A stretch of DNA of 63,575 nt, filler included, from Octopus bimaculoides (taxonomy: Eukaryota), in NCBI RefSeq assembly GCF_001194135.2. It is 5 parts of 5 records of this genome, joined end to end, with 100 filler letters (N's around TTAATTAATTAA, not from the genome) between each part and the next. Parts side by side here need not be neighbours in the genome. Positions count along the whole stretch, not along the records: positions 56,926 to 62,374 come from NW_026439736.1; positions 62,475 to 63,575 come from NC_068984.1; 3 more parts are not named here. One strand, written 5' to 3'. Below the pieces are notes generated by a model. That model made no database searches. It was not told the origin of the DNA and saw only the letters and a list, made by a program, of their open reading frames with translations. A program made the translations under genes and the position numbers. Within the stretch, counting starts at the first letter, position 1, and each line of letters starts with the position of its first letter. This document shows, in pieces, positions 61,890 through 63,575 of the stretch.

Positions 61890-62070
61890 CTATTTCTTAT
61901 TATAACTTTTTCAAAAAACTCTTTTCCGTCCGCCTGTCTGGTGTTAGTTGTAAATCTTTTCAAGAAACAACTTAATCTCCAGCTAAGCAGGGGCCCAGAT
62001 GAGCCTACATCATACCAAGAAACTCTATACAAGATAGCAATGTCGATCAACATCCTTCTTTTCTTCTCCA
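61890..62070 (+). mobile_element. CR1-like LINE 3' remnant
   Basis: NLFKKQLNLQLSRGPDEPTSYQE resembles the recalled FK..LD.FL..VPDEPT end of invertebrate CR1-type ORF2. Confidence 0.65.
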
Positions 62071-62374
62071 TTCCTCCTTTCTCTTCGTATTTATTCTCTT
62101 TTAAAGGGAGGGAACTCAACAATTACGATTAGGGGATTTAACTCCTGTTCTTTTGTAAGCGACGTCAACTGGAAATTGTTTTGTGGGTGGGAACAGTAGT
62201 CAGTGTGTACGTGCGTGTGGCGTCAGTGATAAAGCCAGTGGTCATTCTAGCAGTCAAAGTCCCCAGAGAATAATTAGTAAATGAAGGACTCAGCTAAGAC
62301 CATTAATACTTACACACACACACACAAACACACACATACACATACACAACATTGCATACACACACGCATACACA

Positions 62375-62474
62375 NNNNNNNNNNNNNNNNNNNNNNNNNN
62401 NNNNNNNNNNNNNNNNNNTTAATTAATTAANNNNNNNNNNNNNNNNNNNNNNNNNNNNNNNNNNNNNNNNNNNN
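62375..62474. other. Artificial scaffold-join spacer
   Basis: 44 N + TTAATTAATTAA + 44 N. Confidence 0.95.
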
Positions 62475-62809
62475 CGCTCGAAAAATTTCTTGTGTCACCC
62501 GCACAAGAGCCAGTCCAGGGGCACTGGCAACAATCTCACTCGAAAGATTTCATGTGTCGCCCGCACACGAGCCAGTCCAGGGGAACCAGCAACGATTTGC
62601 CTTCTCATATACCAGCAAAGCCATTGCTAGAAAGATCCATTGAAATGAGTCATTGATGATGCAATATGAGGTCCTTCTATGACTCTTCCCCACCGGTGAA
62701 AGATTTGCACATTCTGTTGCATGATGCACAGCTGTGATGGCTGGCAGAAGGAACAGGTGCCACAGTATGAACTCTTGTGATGTGCTTTTTTCAATCCCTA
62801 ACTTAAAGA

Positions 62810-63200
62810 GTTACACCTTTCCACATGTTGCACATGTTCTGTTGTGAACAATAGCCATATCACAATTTACAATGGGTTGATTTCTGTGAGTTGTTTGATG
62901 GTTGATTAGGTCTGCACAACTCAAACATTTTCTCCCACAAATCACCGACTTAAAAAGCAACCCCACATCATTTTCTACAGGTTCATTCTTTCTAAGCCTT
63001 CTCTTGTTCATCTTATATTTCATTCTGTCCCTTTCAAACTTCGAACAACCACTGTGCACTCATTTCCTTCATCCATTTCAGTCTTGTGCCTTCCTCTGCC
63101 AATCAACAACTGAAACTCCTGTCTATGTCAGAGCAATTCTGAGGTAGTCCTTGAACCTCATTTTGGGTTTATGTTCTGGTCTCCTACCATCTTCCAGCTC
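62810..63200 (-). mobile_element. RTE LINE C-terminal fragment with zinc-finger-like motifs
   Basis: FYGELEDGRRPEHKPKMRFKDYLR (LYGEL..G.R..GRP..RFKD), then ICGRKCLSCADLINHQTTH and TCATCGKV. Confidence 0.8.
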
Positions 63201-63229
63201 ACCGTAGAACCATTTGAGCGTGATCGTTA

Positions 63230-63570
63230 CCAGCATCACCTTACTGGCACTTGTGCCGGTGGCAAGGTTATTGCCAGTGCCGCTGGACTGGCTCCTGTGC
63301 AGGCGGCACATAAAATACACCATTTCGAGTGTGGCCAGTCAGGTTGTACTGGCAATGGCCACACTCATGCCGGTGGCACGTAAAAGCACCTACTACACTC
63401 TCGGAATAGTCAGCGTTAGGAAGGGCATCCAGCTGTGGAAACTCTGCTAGATCAGATTGGAGGCTGGTGCAGCCATCTGGTTCACCAGTCCTCAGTCAAA
63501 TCGTCCAACCCATGTCAGCATAGAAAGTGGATGTTGAATGATGATGATGATGATGACGATGATGATGTAT
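63230..63570 (+). mobile_element. RTE-type LINE/SINE 3' end with (GAT)n tail
   Basis: tgccggtggcacgtaaaagcacc..gttaggaagggcatccagctgt..ccaacccatg..gatgatgat; related fragments at 62480-62620. Confidence 0.7.
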
Positions 63571-63575
63571 ATATA

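Larger units (their letters stand above)
1..63575. repeat. Dense microsatellites: (TA)n, (CA)n, (CT)n, (TAA)n, (CAT)n, (TACA)n, (TAG)n, (TCCA)n
   Basis: Directly visible; nearly every N gap is bounded by one. They account for most entries in the ORF track. Confidence 0.99.

Noticed and set aside
1-63575. Most ORF-track entries (poly-CV, YI, HT, H, I, S, V, and X-filled ORFs)
   Set aside because: They are translations of microsatellites or N gaps, not genes.

Overview
AT-rich, microsatellite-dense eukaryotic DNA; roughly a fifth is N gaps. The SINE, LINE and microsatellite content suggests a cephalopod, probably Octopus (inference from recalled repeat families). Four 100-bp spacers (44 N + TTAATTAATTAA + 44 N) show the window is five joined pieces, so long-range order is uncertain. 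The only confident gene is an intact, intronless rhodopsin-class GPCR (18349-19440, minus). There is also a candidate terminal exon with a PLNLS motif and a CpG-rich CRE/ETS/CTCF-like site cluster. The rest is mostly decayed mobile DNA: Penelope-like GIY-YIG fragments, RTE, R4/Dong-like, Tx1 and CR1 LINE pieces, two mariners, a maT-like transposase, Helitron remnants, MITEs and many tRNA-derived SINEs. The most interesting signal is a set of minimal hammerhead-ribozyme motifs. Two unrelated long inverted-repeat (foldback) elements each carry an outward-reading hammerhead near both tips, and a third repeat family has a CUGUUGA core variant in both copies. No CRISPR array, rRNA or bona fide tRNA gene was seen. 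All family assignments come from hand translation and motif recall, not database searches.
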